A program made the position numbers and the translations under genes. Shown piece by piece: positions 1 to 8,871 of a stretch of DNA of 64,000 nt. The notes beneath the pieces are model-generated. The model saw only the letters and a list, made by a program, of their open reading frames with translations, was not told where the DNA came from and made no database searches. The stretch is from Leptospirales bacterium (lineage in GTDB: Bacteria > Spirochaetota > Leptospiria > Turneriellales > JAOUFE01): NCBI GenBank assembly GCA_040326155.1, contig JBEQLE010000001.1, forward strand, positions 1 through 64,000. Reading direction: 5' to 3'. Every line of letters begins with the position of its first letter. Within the stretch, counting starts at the first letter, position 1.

Positions 1-420
1 AAATATTATGTCTTTAGTATATTCATTTGGTTTGCTTGTTATAGTTCTGATTTTCATAAACTCTTGGTCCGGATTCTCAGGTTTATTAAAAAATAGTAGT
101 TTGTAATCAGTATTATCAATCTTGATTATTATATCAATAATACCCTTCTTATAAATCTTCCAAAGATGGGTGGTTCTGATAATTTTTTTGTTTTTGCAAA
201 TATTTTTAATTAGCTGATTGTTCTTTTTAAATAGCCATGTTTCGCCGGACAAACATTTACTCTTATTACCTAATGTTTTTACCATTTTCTTGTAAACCCA
301 AATTTTTTCACCATTATTTGTAAGCTTGGCTTTAATACTATTTAAATTATAATCAGTTGAATTAAGGTCTGAACTATACAAGTAACATACAATTACCAGA
401 AAAACTGAAAAATACCTCAT
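1..420 (-). CDS. Hypothetical exported protein (3'-partial, runs off the window); probable cassette gene
   Basis: Hand translation gives an open frame of 140 codons from ATG at 420 (MRYFSVFLVIVCYLYSS...) with a hydrophobic N-terminus. AGGAG RBS upstream; start lies ~40 bp after the GTTATAC end of the attC-like site. Confidence 0.75.
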   Translation of the reverse strand, partial: MRYFSVFLVIVCYLYSSDLNSTDYNLNSIKAKLTNNGEKIWVYKKMVKTLGNKSKCLSGETWLFKKNNQLIKNICKNKKIIRTTHLWKIYKKGIIDIIIKIDNTDYKLLFFNKPENPDQEFMKIRTITSKPNEYTKDIIF

Positions 421-457
421 AATAATGTACTCCTAAAATTCCCTAAATCACTTCTGC

Positions 458-706
458 GTATAACAAATTTTCATCTGTTCGGGGCAGACTTCGCTGCCCC
501 CAGGTTTCGCATCTTATTGTACTTTAAAATGATATTAATATTCAAAGAGACTATAGATCAATTGTTTTTTTTGTAAATGCTCACAACCACATTTTGGGGC
601 TGCCTTCGCTTAACCGCCAGGCTCGCACAAATTATGGATATTAATTGGTGCTCGCATGGCTAACTCCGGCGGCATGAAAACGTCAGATAAAATTGAAACG
701 TTATCT
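458..706 (-). repeat. Long attC-like recombination site (~250 bp)
   Basis: Minus strand reads AGATAAC-gtttc-AATTTTATCTG...CAGATgAAAATT-t-GTTATAC, i.e. complementary arms with one unpaired base and AAC...GTT cores. It lies just after one gene's stop and just before the next gene's RBS. Internal sequence recurs at ~4632-4740 and ~8868-8958. Confidence 0.65.
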
Positions 707-737
707 TAAATGCATTTGGTTTTTCTTTTAAATCTTA

Positions 738-1652
738 TCATATAGTTTTTAATAGGTGCGACAGATGGCTGATGAAACAAGATTGAACCCCTGAACTGCG
801 AAGCTCTTTTTCTGAAGGAAAATCGAATAATGGGGTCACTCTGTTATAAGTTGCAAATATTGCTGTTCCTAGGCTTTGTGTACGAGCTCCTAATGGAGCA
901 ACTATCAGTTGATACTTCTTATTGTGATAGCAATTGTTTATTTCATTCAATATTTCGATTATATCAAATGGGTGGTATATACTGCTATAGTAAAATTCCC
1001 CTAGGCTGTTATGGCTTTCGAGATCGCCAATATTTTTTTCAAAAGCAATGGATTTCGCATTACTATTCACTCCTGGAAATGAAATTATCGGCAGTATAGT
1101 GGTACATTTAGTAATACTTTCAACTAGTGAATTCACCCTGCCCCCTTCATAACCAAGTATAACTGCGATTATCTTTTCGGATACAGAATCTAAACGGGTC
1201 GTGTACCCTGGAAAATTTGCAAAATTTTGTGCATCAAATGATAATTCATAATTATACTCATCATCTCTCTTGTACTCTAGTGGTAATGTATAACCTGCAA
1301 ATAGATAGCTGGGTTGAAATTTTGTTAATAATAACTTTATAAGAATGAATAATATTTTATGATCTATACTCGTAATATCCAACAATAAATTACAGCCTGC
1401 AATTGAATAATCATCTAGTAATTGTGGCAAGTCACGTATTACATCATCTATAATTATTTTTTCTTGGTTGTAAATAAAATAAATAATATCATCTTCAATT
1501 ATAAACTGATATTGCTTTATACTCTTATTTTCTAAAAAAGATTCGTATAAAAATCTATCTCTGTCCTCCGTAGTCCGTCCATAAATAAACGTATCAATAT
1601 TATCGTTTAAATATCCTTCGATTTTTTCAAAAGTGAAGTATGGTTTGAACAT
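738..1652 (-). CDS. Third component of putative PRTase/STAND conflict system (tandem Rossmann/CARF-like, inferred)
   Basis: 304 aa; motifs LLLDITS, YTLPLEY, ILGYEGGR, IVAPLGARTQSLG; 2-nt gap to the upstream ATPase gene; very AT-rich. Confidence 0.6.
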   Translation of the reverse strand: MFKPYFTFEKIEGYLNDNIDTFIYGRTTEDRDRFLYESFLENKSIKQYQFIIEDDIIYFIYNQEKIIIDDVIRDLPQLLDDYSIAGCNLLLDITSIDHKILFILIKLLLTKFQPSYLFAGYTLPLEYKRDDEYNYELSFDAQNFANFPGYTTRLDSVSEKIIAVILGYEGGRVNSLVESITKCTTILPIISFPGVNSNAKSIAFEKNIGDLESHNSLGEFYYSSIYHPFDIIEILNEINNCYHNKKYQLIVAPLGARTQSLGTAIFATYNRVTPLFDFPSEKELRSSGVQSCFISHLSHLLKTI

Positions 1653-1654
1653 AA

Positions 1655-3586
1655 TTAAAAATCGATTTGTGCTTGCTCTGGTAAATCATCACTAATAACT
1701 TTCAACCTTTTCAAAACACTACGTTTTACCTTGCTAGTTTCTTTGATCATTTCGGAGATCTCACCAGTATTTAAGGGAATTTTGTAACTTTTCCGATAAC
1801 TGATTTTAAAATATGGGGAGAATATATGATTTATCCGAAAATCCTCTATTTCAACTGAAGCAGAGCTCCTATCGACCTTTGTTGGAGTTTCTTGAATTAT
1901 AGCATCGTGCATTAAAGCTAGATCAATAATGTCTTCTACTTCTTTACTCTTTTCTGTTCCTCGAATCCAGAATTGACTAATATCCACATCGCTTAACGTA
2001 TTATTGGGGTTGGTTAGTACTTGGTAAAAAATATCACCCAAGTTTGTAATGAAGTTTAAAATCAATTTTCCTTTTGGATGTTTTTTGCTCAAAGCTTTGA
2101 TATTTAATCTACTAGTATCTATCGCTGCAGTATGTTGTTCATCAATCGATAGTTGCCGTGGTTTGATAAAATCAAAACCATTAGCAATCGCAATATCAAA
2201 CGCATTTTGACATAACTCTAGAAATGAACGTATAACACCATGTGATAATTGCGCATAAGTATTAAAACCATAGTATTTTTTTGTAGTTCTAAATTCCTTA
2301 CAAAGCAAAAATATAATATTCAATTTCGCTGGATTCAACCATTTATGATATCTTGTTGGCTTTTTAAAATTAGCTTTATCCCATTCAATATAAGCATCAT
2401 ATATATCGTGAACCCGCAAAGTTTTCCGGAGCAATAATGACTTGTGTAAACGTAAATTTAACAAATCGCAATTTGTTAATATTTGAATCATCTCTTTTAA
2501 ATTGTCATTTGCCCCTACCTTTTGTTCAATTAATCTGGATACTTCATCTCTCAATAAATCAAATTTTTCAACTTGTTTTTCTAATTCTGATAGTTCGTCC
2601 GAAAACCTGTATTCACCTAGATAATATTTGATATCGTAATACTTTGGTTCTAGCTTATCTCCAAAATGGTTTTCTAGTCGAACCCTAACTATATCTGCTA
2701 ATAATTGATTATAATTTCTTTCTTCCCCTTCTTTAATCTCTGGGTTATAGTAAGTATAATCATCCGGATATTCAATTTGTTCTGATTCAGCTGAGGTGGC
2801 CAAGGTCTTTTGACCTTTAGTTTTAACCGCGATGTTATATATCAAATTATATTTACTACCTTTTATCAAGGTATTAATTCGAACTTGTTGCTCAGCATTT
2901 AAAGTCTCAAATTCGTCTATTAAAACATGGAATTGCGTATTTTCAAATAACTCTATTTGACTCAGTATATCGATGAGTTTCTTCACAAGCCTACCTGGCC
3001 CATATAAAAGTAATTTTTCGATCGGGATATTATTGTTCGTAAAGAATTCAATATTATCGAGGGCATTGTCTATTTGAGCGATAAAAGCTTCTAAGTCTTG
3101 TATTGCAATCCCTTCCTTCACTTCAGTATCTGGAGGAAACAAAGGTATTGATAATATCTGAATTATTTTACTTTCATTTATCAGTGACTGAGTTCTTAAA
3201 AATTGCAAAAATAGTGCAATTTCTTTTGCTATGGATAAATTAATATATGTGTCAAATATTTTTAACCAATCCTCCTTTGTAACCCTAGCCCCAGTTAATG
3301 CCGGTATGAAAGTATGGTCTATAACATAGTAAAAACCAATAATATTCTGCTTGCTAAAATACTCTACTATAGCTCCTTGATGTTCTTGTGCAAACATTTT
3401 CATTTGGGGATACCAAGAATTACATGTAAAAAACATTGTTTTTCCTGAGCCACGACCCCCTTCATAGATTAAAGGGTGTTCTCCTAGTAGACCTTCAAAG
3501 CTTTTATTTTTGATATAATATTTCCAACTTTTCAAGCCTAACTCTTCTGTTCTAAAGGCCTTAAACGGATTAATCGGACTTGGCAT
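1655..3586 (-). CDS. ORC/CDC6-like (STAND-type) P-loop ATPase
   Basis: 643 aa; N-terminal NPF motif, Walker A GGRGSGKT, Walker B HVLIDEFE, helical C-terminal region; ATG directly abuts the upstream stop. Confidence 0.75.
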   Translation of the reverse strand: MPSPINPFKAFRTEELGLKSWKYYIKNKSFEGLLGEHPLIYEGGRGSGKTMFFTCNSWYPQMKMFAQEHQGAIVEYFSKQNIIGFYYVIDHTFIPALTGARVTKEDWLKIFDTYINLSIAKEIALFLQFLRTQSLINESKIIQILSIPLFPPDTEVKEGIAIQDLEAFIAQIDNALDNIEFFTNNNIPIEKLLLYGPGRLVKKLIDILSQIELFENTQFHVLIDEFETLNAEQQVRINTLIKGSKYNLIYNIAVKTKGQKTLATSAESEQIEYPDDYTYYNPEIKEGEERNYNQLLADIVRVRLENHFGDKLEPKYYDIKYYLGEYRFSDELSELEKQVEKFDLLRDEVSRLIEQKVGANDNLKEMIQILTNCDLLNLRLHKSLLLRKTLRVHDIYDAYIEWDKANFKKPTRYHKWLNPAKLNIIFLLCKEFRTTKKYYGFNTYAQLSHGVIRSFLELCQNAFDIAIANGFDFIKPRQLSIDEQHTAAIDTSRLNIKALSKKHPKGKLILNFITNLGDIFYQVLTNPNNTLSDVDISQFWIRGTEKSKEVEDIIDLALMHDAIIQETPTKVDRSSASVEIEDFRINHIFSPYFKISYRKSYKIPLNTGEISEMIKETSKVKRSVLKRLKVISDDLPEQAQIDF

Positions 3587-4492
3587 TTATGTGCTTCTCC
3601 TTTTCGTTAGGGTTCCATTGTTCAACTCTCTCCAGAATATAGGCAAGGTCCAATTTGGAGTAGTTTTTGCTATAAAGATCGCATATGCTAACCTACGTCT
3701 ACCTTTGATGGTAATACCACGATTCTTGCACAACTCATTCAATACTGCATATGCAGTATCCCTTTCGCTATCATTTCGCCAGTATATGGAATCCTTTGAA
3801 AACACATCAAACTCAGGGCCATAATAATCACAGTATAATACATTGATATATTCGCTAACATTATTTAATCCTTTATATATTGCTAATATGCATGCAAAGA
3901 ACATATGTTCCGGTGTTTTTAAATTCATACGAAGGGTTTCAATTTCTGGTAAATTGAGAAATCGAAGTAATTGTCCCCCAGTACCTATTGAGTCATCGAA
4001 GATTACAAAATAATCGAATTCATTCCATAGCTCATTTCCAATAATTTCATCTAAAAAGCAACATTGCGATTCATTTATAATACCATTATTCGTTAAAAGC
4101 CTCATCATCCCATTACTACTTTCATTTGGTTTATTTCGATCGAGTAAAGGAATAAAGGCAGTCTTTTTCAAAATTGTTTTGTATTTATTTTCACTATAAC
4201 TCAAAGGCTTATCAATATATTCATCAACTAGCCTGTGATTAATTTCAAATTCGATGTGCGGAATTATTTTATTGTTTAAAATTTCATGCAATGCTTTTAT
4301 TAAATGCGCTTCATTATAGTATTGAGCCCTGGATAGAATATTTAAAATATAATATTCTTCTTTTTCCGATAAATTACTACTGCTCAGCCAAGTATTCAAG
4401 CTATTCATAGAAAAAGAATCTACTTCTTTATAATCAATTAAACTTTTGATAAATTTTTTTTTCACATAAATTTGTTCGTTATAATCAAACAT
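3587..4492 (-). CDS. Phosphoribosyltransferase-like protein (PRTase-CE type)
   Basis: 301 aa; PRPP-binding loop FVIFDDSIGTGGQL and C-terminal TTPNWTLPIFW motif, recalled as typical of conflict-associated PRTases. Confidence 0.75.
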   Translation of the reverse strand: MFDYNEQIYVKKKFIKSLIDYKEVDSFSMNSLNTWLSSSNLSEKEEYYILNILSRAQYYNEAHLIKALHEILNNKIIPHIEFEINHRLVDEYIDKPLSYSENKYKTILKKTAFIPLLDRNKPNESSNGMMRLLTNNGIINESQCCFLDEIIGNELWNEFDYFVIFDDSIGTGGQLLRFLNLPEIETLRMNLKTPEHMFFACILAIYKGLNNVSEYINVLYCDYYGPEFDVFSKDSIYWRNDSERDTAYAVLNELCKNRGITIKGRRRLAYAIFIAKTTPNWTLPIFWRELNNGTLTKRRST

Positions 4493-4525
4493 AACTACTA
4501 ACTATATACTTTTCAAATGTACGTC

Positions 4526-4740
4526 GCATAACGAGAGTGTAGAATAAGTAAAATTGGATGGCTGTAATCCCTCTACGTTAGAGTACAGGGGATAAAATCA
4601 GGTCAAAATGGACTTATTCTACAGACTCAACAAATTTTAATCTGCTCACGTGCGCCTTCGCGTTTCGCATCATATTATACGTCAAAATGATATTTATATT
4701 TAAAGAGACATTCGATCAATTGTTTTTTTCGTAGATGCAT
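4526..4740 (-). repeat. Second attC-like site (truncated, interrupted by MITE)
   Basis: 4632-4740 is similar to 465-580 (aaattttaatctg...gtttcgcatc...aaagagac...gatcaattgttttttt). On the minus strand it ends in GTTATGCGACGT, ~30 bp before the PRTase start. Confidence 0.6.
4533..4628. mobile_element. 96-bp MITE
   Basis: Terminal inverted repeats GAGAGTGTAGAATAAGT / ACTTATTCTACAGACTC (15/17 match), flanked on both sides by AAC (3-bp target duplication). Absent from the homologous site at 462-465. Related ends at 6243 and 58639. Confidence 0.7.
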
Positions 4741-4744
4741 CTCC

Positions 4745-5296
4745 TCATTTTGAGGTGGCAACTTTTAACACTTGAGGAGTGAGGTGAATTTCAACATCTT
4801 TGTCGGAAATCCATACCTCTTGATCTTGAATTCGACAATCAATTTGCATATTTTTTTGCACTAGCTTTTCTAATTTTTCCTCATCTCCATCCGGTATTAA
4901 CCAAACTTCAAGATTTTTAAATCGCTCTAGCTTTGTTTGAATTGTATTCCACCAGGTTTGAGAACGACGTAAATTAAAGCAATATAAAATTACATTTCGT
5001 GCATTGCTACAAGCTTTACGAATAATTTTTTCGTCTGGCTGCCCGATCTCTATCCAAGTTTCAATGAGACCAGAACGAGATTTTTCCCAGATGGCTGGCT
5101 GGTCGGCCTCGCTTATATCTCCAGCGAAGGTAAGTGTACTACTGGCATTTAATGCAAAAGCGAGAAGTCTTATCATTAACCGTTCATCTGTTTCTGAAGG
5201 GTGTCTCGCTATTGTTATTTTATGTAACTCATAGTAATCACAATCGGTATTCGTGATTTGCAAATTAACTTTATGAATTGTTGATTTTAGGGCCAT
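4745..5296 (-). CDS. yaeQ: YaeQ family protein
   Basis: MALKSTIHK start, ARHPSETDERLMIRLLAF, WIEIGQPDEK motifs. The ORF track start (5362) is probably over-extended. Confidence 0.9.
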   Translation of the reverse strand: MALKSTIHKVNLQITNTDCDYYELHKITIARHPSETDERLMIRLLAFALNASSTLTFAGDISEADQPAIWEKSRSGLIETWIEIGQPDEKIIRKACSNARNVILYCFNLRRSQTWWNTIQTKLERFKNLEVWLIPDGDEEKLEKLVQKNMQIDCRIQDQEVWISDKDVEIHLTPQVLKVATSK

Positions 5297-5686
5297 TTTT
5301 TGATATCTAAACTTTGATCTATTGTAAATCAGACTATAAAGGAAAGGCCGTCTCGGCCACAACTTAAAAAAACGTTATATAGGTGAAACCATCGGAAGGA
5401 AAATATATCTGGCGTAAATAGAGAAGATTATATTCTTGACTTTGACGTAAAGAAAAATGCTACGGAAGATATGATCTTAACCATTGCAGAGAATTCATTA
5501 AATAACACAGGAGATTTGGAAACATGTTTGTATTAGCAAATGAAGATTATTCCATTTGAGGTGGGTAATTAGTAAGCTCACTTCATTTGACAAATTTATG
5601 GTCTCATCTTTAATTAACTCGACGAATTGTTTATTGGTAGATTTTTCTAAAATTTCATTCGTTCTTATCAGATTATGTTTCAATTT

Positions 5687-6181
5687 CTACTTCCTGAATA
5701 TTATATTTGATATCATGTGAACAGATTCTTTCATGATAATTATATCTTCTATAGATATTTTTTGAAACATTATATTATTATCTTTATTCAATTTATGAAT
5801 GCCTTGCTTCCAGATTTTAATGCCTATGGTCGTCGGCTTCAAAATAATACTTCGGTGATCATCTGGATTTAAGACGCTCTCAAGATATTTTAAAACTTTC
5901 AATTTTTTAATTATCTTTGATATATTCGATTTTTCGTACCCTAATTCTAAGACTATTTCGTTGGGTGTCATTGTTTTCTTACGGACTATTTCATTCAAAA
6001 CAATAAATTGCTGTTGATTCAAATGGTATTCACTTAATATTCGATTTCCTGCTTTCTCTAGATTTGCCCCTGTACGAAGAAGGTGCTTTAATAAATAATT
6101 TACTTCTTTACTCTTATCCAGATTGGTTTCCATAGAAACTATTCTGTACAAACTATTTTCCGTGTCAACTGTATTATCCAA
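5687..6181 (-). CDS. MarR family transcriptional regulator
   Basis: 164 aa; LNQQQFIVL...KSNISKIIKKL...DDHRS winged-helix pattern. Confidence 0.85.
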   Translation of the reverse strand: MDNTVDTENSLYRIVSMETNLDKSKEVNYLLKHLLRTGANLEKAGNRILSEYHLNQQQFIVLNEIVRKKTMTPNEIVLELGYEKSNISKIIKKLKVLKYLESVLNPDDHRSIILKPTTIGIKIWKQGIHKLNKDNNIMFQKISIEDIIIMKESVHMISNIIFRK

Positions 6182-6347
6182 ATTCCAACTCCGTTAGCAG
6201 ACTCCATATTTTAGTTGCAAACCTGGTAGATCGGAGTCTAACGAGTCTATAGAATAACTAAAGTCGGTGGCTGTATCCCTGCGATATGGGTTTATTGTGT
6301 TTACGTACCCAGAAATAAAAGTTTTATGCTATTTAAAACGAGGATTC

Positions 6348-7559
6348 ATGTCTACAAATATAATTAATTACTTAAAAAGCGCTGTTACTTTAACTACTGA
6401 TCCTGATGATATTAAGGTTAAAAAAGCATTGCTTACCTTTATTTCGATTTTATTATTTTTCGCTGGTATTAGCTGGGGTATCATGTATGTTTTGTTAGGT
6501 TTTAAAGCTACCAGTATTATCCCGTTTACCTTTTCAATTTGCCTCTTGGTTAGTTTTATTGTTTATATTGTTTTCAAAAAATATAATGTTTTTCTTTACT
6601 CACAATTATTTCTGATTTTATTACTTCCATTTTTTGTGCAATTAAATTTAGGTGGTTTTTCCAACTCTGGTTCCGTTTTTATATGGTCTATTCTGGCTCC
6701 CATCGGGGCATTTATGTTCCATAGCACCCGGTCGGCATTTACATTTTTCCTTTTTTATCTTTTACTATTAGCAATACTTTTATTCACAAATGGAAATTCC
6801 TACTATGAGGTGAATAAACTTGAAAGTTGGCATAGTTTACTTTTCTATGCAATGAACATTGGTGTATTATCTACGATTATTTTTACTGCTTTATGGCACT
6901 TTGTGAAAGCATTAAATCATGAACATGAACGTTCCGAAGCCTTATTGTTGAATATCTTACCCGCAGCTATTGCAAAAGAGTTAAAGATTGATCCTCAAAA
7001 TCATATTGCAAATGAATACCAATCCGTTACGATCCTGTTTGCCGACATTGTAGGTTTTACTGCCTTGTCCTCTAATTTAACACCTGATGAATTAGTCCAA
7101 ACATTAAACAAAGTATTTTCTATGTTTGACGAGCTGGTTCATAAACACAATCTCGAAAAAATTAAAACGATCGGTGATGCCATTATGGTTATTGGCGGTT
7201 TACCGGAACGACGAACTGATCATGCGGAGTGCATCGCCAAACTAGCCTTAGAACTACAAAGTAATATTAAAAAGATTAAAACAACTGAAGGGTTACCTAT
7301 GTCACTTAGAATCGGTATCCATTCAGGTCCTGTTGTCGCTGGTGTTATTGGTACAAAGAAATTCTCATATGACGCATGGGGTGATACTGTTAATACTGCG
7401 GCAAGAATGGAGTCAACATCAAATCCAGATACAATTCAACTGACAAAAGATACTTACATGCTTCTAAAAAACAAATTTCAATTTACAGAAAGAGGACTTA
7501 TAGATGTAAAGGGAAAAGGGAAAATCAATACATATTTCCTTAACCAGGATCAGGATTGA
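6348..7559 (+). CDS. Membrane-bound class III adenylate/guanylate cyclase
   Basis: About 6 N-terminal TM helices; catalytic motifs TILFADIVGFT, KIKTIGDA, RIGIHSGPVVAGVIG, YDAWGDTVNTAARME; AGGA RBS before ATG 6348. Confidence 0.93.
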   Translation: MSTNIINYLKSAVTLTTDPDDIKVKKALLTFISILLFFAGISWGIMYVLLGFKATSIIPFTFSICLLVSFIVYIVFKKYNVFLYSQLFLILLLPFFVQLNLGGFSNSGSVFIWSILAPIGAFMFHSTRSAFTFFLFYLLLLAILLFTNGNSYYEVNKLESWHSLLFYAMNIGVLSTIIFTALWHFVKALNHEHERSEALLLNILPAAIAKELKIDPQNHIANEYQSVTILFADIVGFTALSSNLTPDELVQTLNKVFSMFDELVHKHNLEKIKTIGDAIMVIGGLPERRTDHAECIAKLALELQSNIKKIKTTEGLPMSLRIGIHSGPVVAGVIGTKKFSYDAWGDTVNTAARMESTSNPDTIQLTKDTYMLLKNKFQFTERGLIDVKGKGKINTYFLNQDQD

Positions 7560-7630
7560 TCTTCTAACACATCAACTTCATTTAACAGACGAACTCAAAC
7601 TAGCCTCCGAATGTCAAAATTTAGCTACCA

Positions 7631-7811
7631 GGTTCTGCGTCACCCAATACAATATTGCTTTTGGCGTTGAACGATGAATCTACAGTAAACAGGCGTTATA
7701 AAAATTAGCTACCAGCTGGTAGATCGGAGTTTACCCGTTAAGCGGTTCTGCGTCACCCAATACGATATTGCTTTTGGCGTTGAGCGATAGATCTACAGTA
7801 AACAGGCGTTA
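7631..7811 (+). repeat. 68-bp direct repeat pair (7631-7698, 7744-7811) with a 14-bp palindrome between
   Basis: ggttctgcgtcacccaatac...ctacagtaaacaggcgtta occurs twice with ~4 mismatches; CTACCAGCTGGTAG at 7709-7722. Confidence 0.85.
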
Positions 7812-8401
7812 GCAAAAGTATCTACCGGAGCGCTGCACTTTATACGTACCAAATTCAGAGGCTGGGTAGGATTAGCGTTATGTGTAAACTCGAATAACAT
7901 CGCTATGTTAAGATTGATATTCTCTCCAATTGTTGTGCAATCGGCAGGTGAGCATGTAAATTTTTTTTCATTGTATATTTCATACTCCGTACCCGAAGCA
8001 AGCAAAATAAGTCTCTGAGGTTCCGATACAGAAATCTCGAAAAGCGTCGCCAAAGGCTCCAACTTTTTATCCTTTTGTTGCAGTAACGTATATCTCTCCG
8101 AACCACCATCCGTAGGTGGGTTGGTTAAAGTTTCAATCTCAATCAACAATTTGTAATTATAGCCCCATTCATAATGAAAACCATTGATATAACCGTATAC
8201 GCCATCATAGGAACCATTGGTTCGATCTTTAGTAATCATGCATAAAGAGTAGACCATACCCCGGCACTCGCCTTTTGTATGTTTTATATAAACAACTTTC
8301 TCTTCTGTTTGATTGGGAATCAAAAAACATCCGCTACTGCAAAAAATAAAAGCTGAAAAAATCACCCAAAACATATGTCTACCAAAATTCTTTTTTTCCA
8401 T
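7793..8401 (-). CDS. DUF4377-like lipoprotein
   Basis: Signal peptide with lipobox SSGC; C-x-G-M-V-x-x-x-C and INGFHYEWGYNYKL...NPPTDGGS motifs. Confidence 0.75.
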   Translation of the reverse strand: MEKKNFGRHMFWVIFSAFIFCSSGCFLIPNQTEEKVVYIKHTKGECRGMVYSLCMITKDRTNGSYDGVYGYINGFHYEWGYNYKLLIEIETLTNPPTDGGSERYTLLQQKDKKLEPLATLFEISVSEPQRLILLASGTEYEIYNEKKFTCSPADCTTIGENINLNIAMLFEFTHNANPTQPLNLVRIKCSAPVDTFANACLL

Positions 8402-8758
8402 ATGGTTATCCCTTTTTTGTATTATCGCGTTATATGATATAAAGTGTAAACACAAATTGATATTTCGGCGACTATTTACAGTAGCATTTGTTTCATTCCC
8501 TCAATCATGTATTGACTCGTTAACATGGGATGATGAATGTCAATTCTAATATTCAGCTTTGAATTTGAACGATGGTTTATGAAGTCATTTTGCAAGAATT
8601 TAAAAAAATGTGTAATAACTCCTGAGATAGACTTATCACTTTCTACAAATCTCATGAATATAGTGTCGCTACTATTCGTAATACCTAATAATTCATTTCT
8701 AGAAGTAATCAACTCTGTCGGTGGTTTCCACCTCCTCACAACCCCCCGTTTCATATAA

Positions 8759-8871
8759 AAGGGGTAGCGTGATAACGTTTTTGTTTTGCCGAAAACAAAA
8801 ACTTATGCAGCGAGGGGGAAATGTAAAATTCGGGTAGAGAATTTACTGTGTTTCCCCCACAAATTCTAAAG
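8759..8871. repeat. Intergenic REP/MITE-like element, copy 1
   Basis: aaggggtagcgt-[hairpin]-agcgaggggg...aaaattcgggta...tttccccc...ttctaaag; homologous to 17259-17378. Confidence 0.6.

Noticed and set aside
5498..5683. 61-aa ORF following marR
   Set aside because: Short, TTG start, no motif; possibly a remnant.
7700..7790. c-di-GMP-I riboswitch-like words on the minus strand (GGTGACGCAGAAC...CTCCGATCTA...GGTAGC)
   Set aside because: Lacks the GGCAAA / GNRA-tetraloop P2 stem, lies downstream of a gene, and is explained by the repeat junction.
8476..8758. Overlapping ORFs 8476-8754 (-) and 8537-8758 (+)
   Set aside because: No recognisable motif or RBS; may be a gene remnant but cannot be supported.
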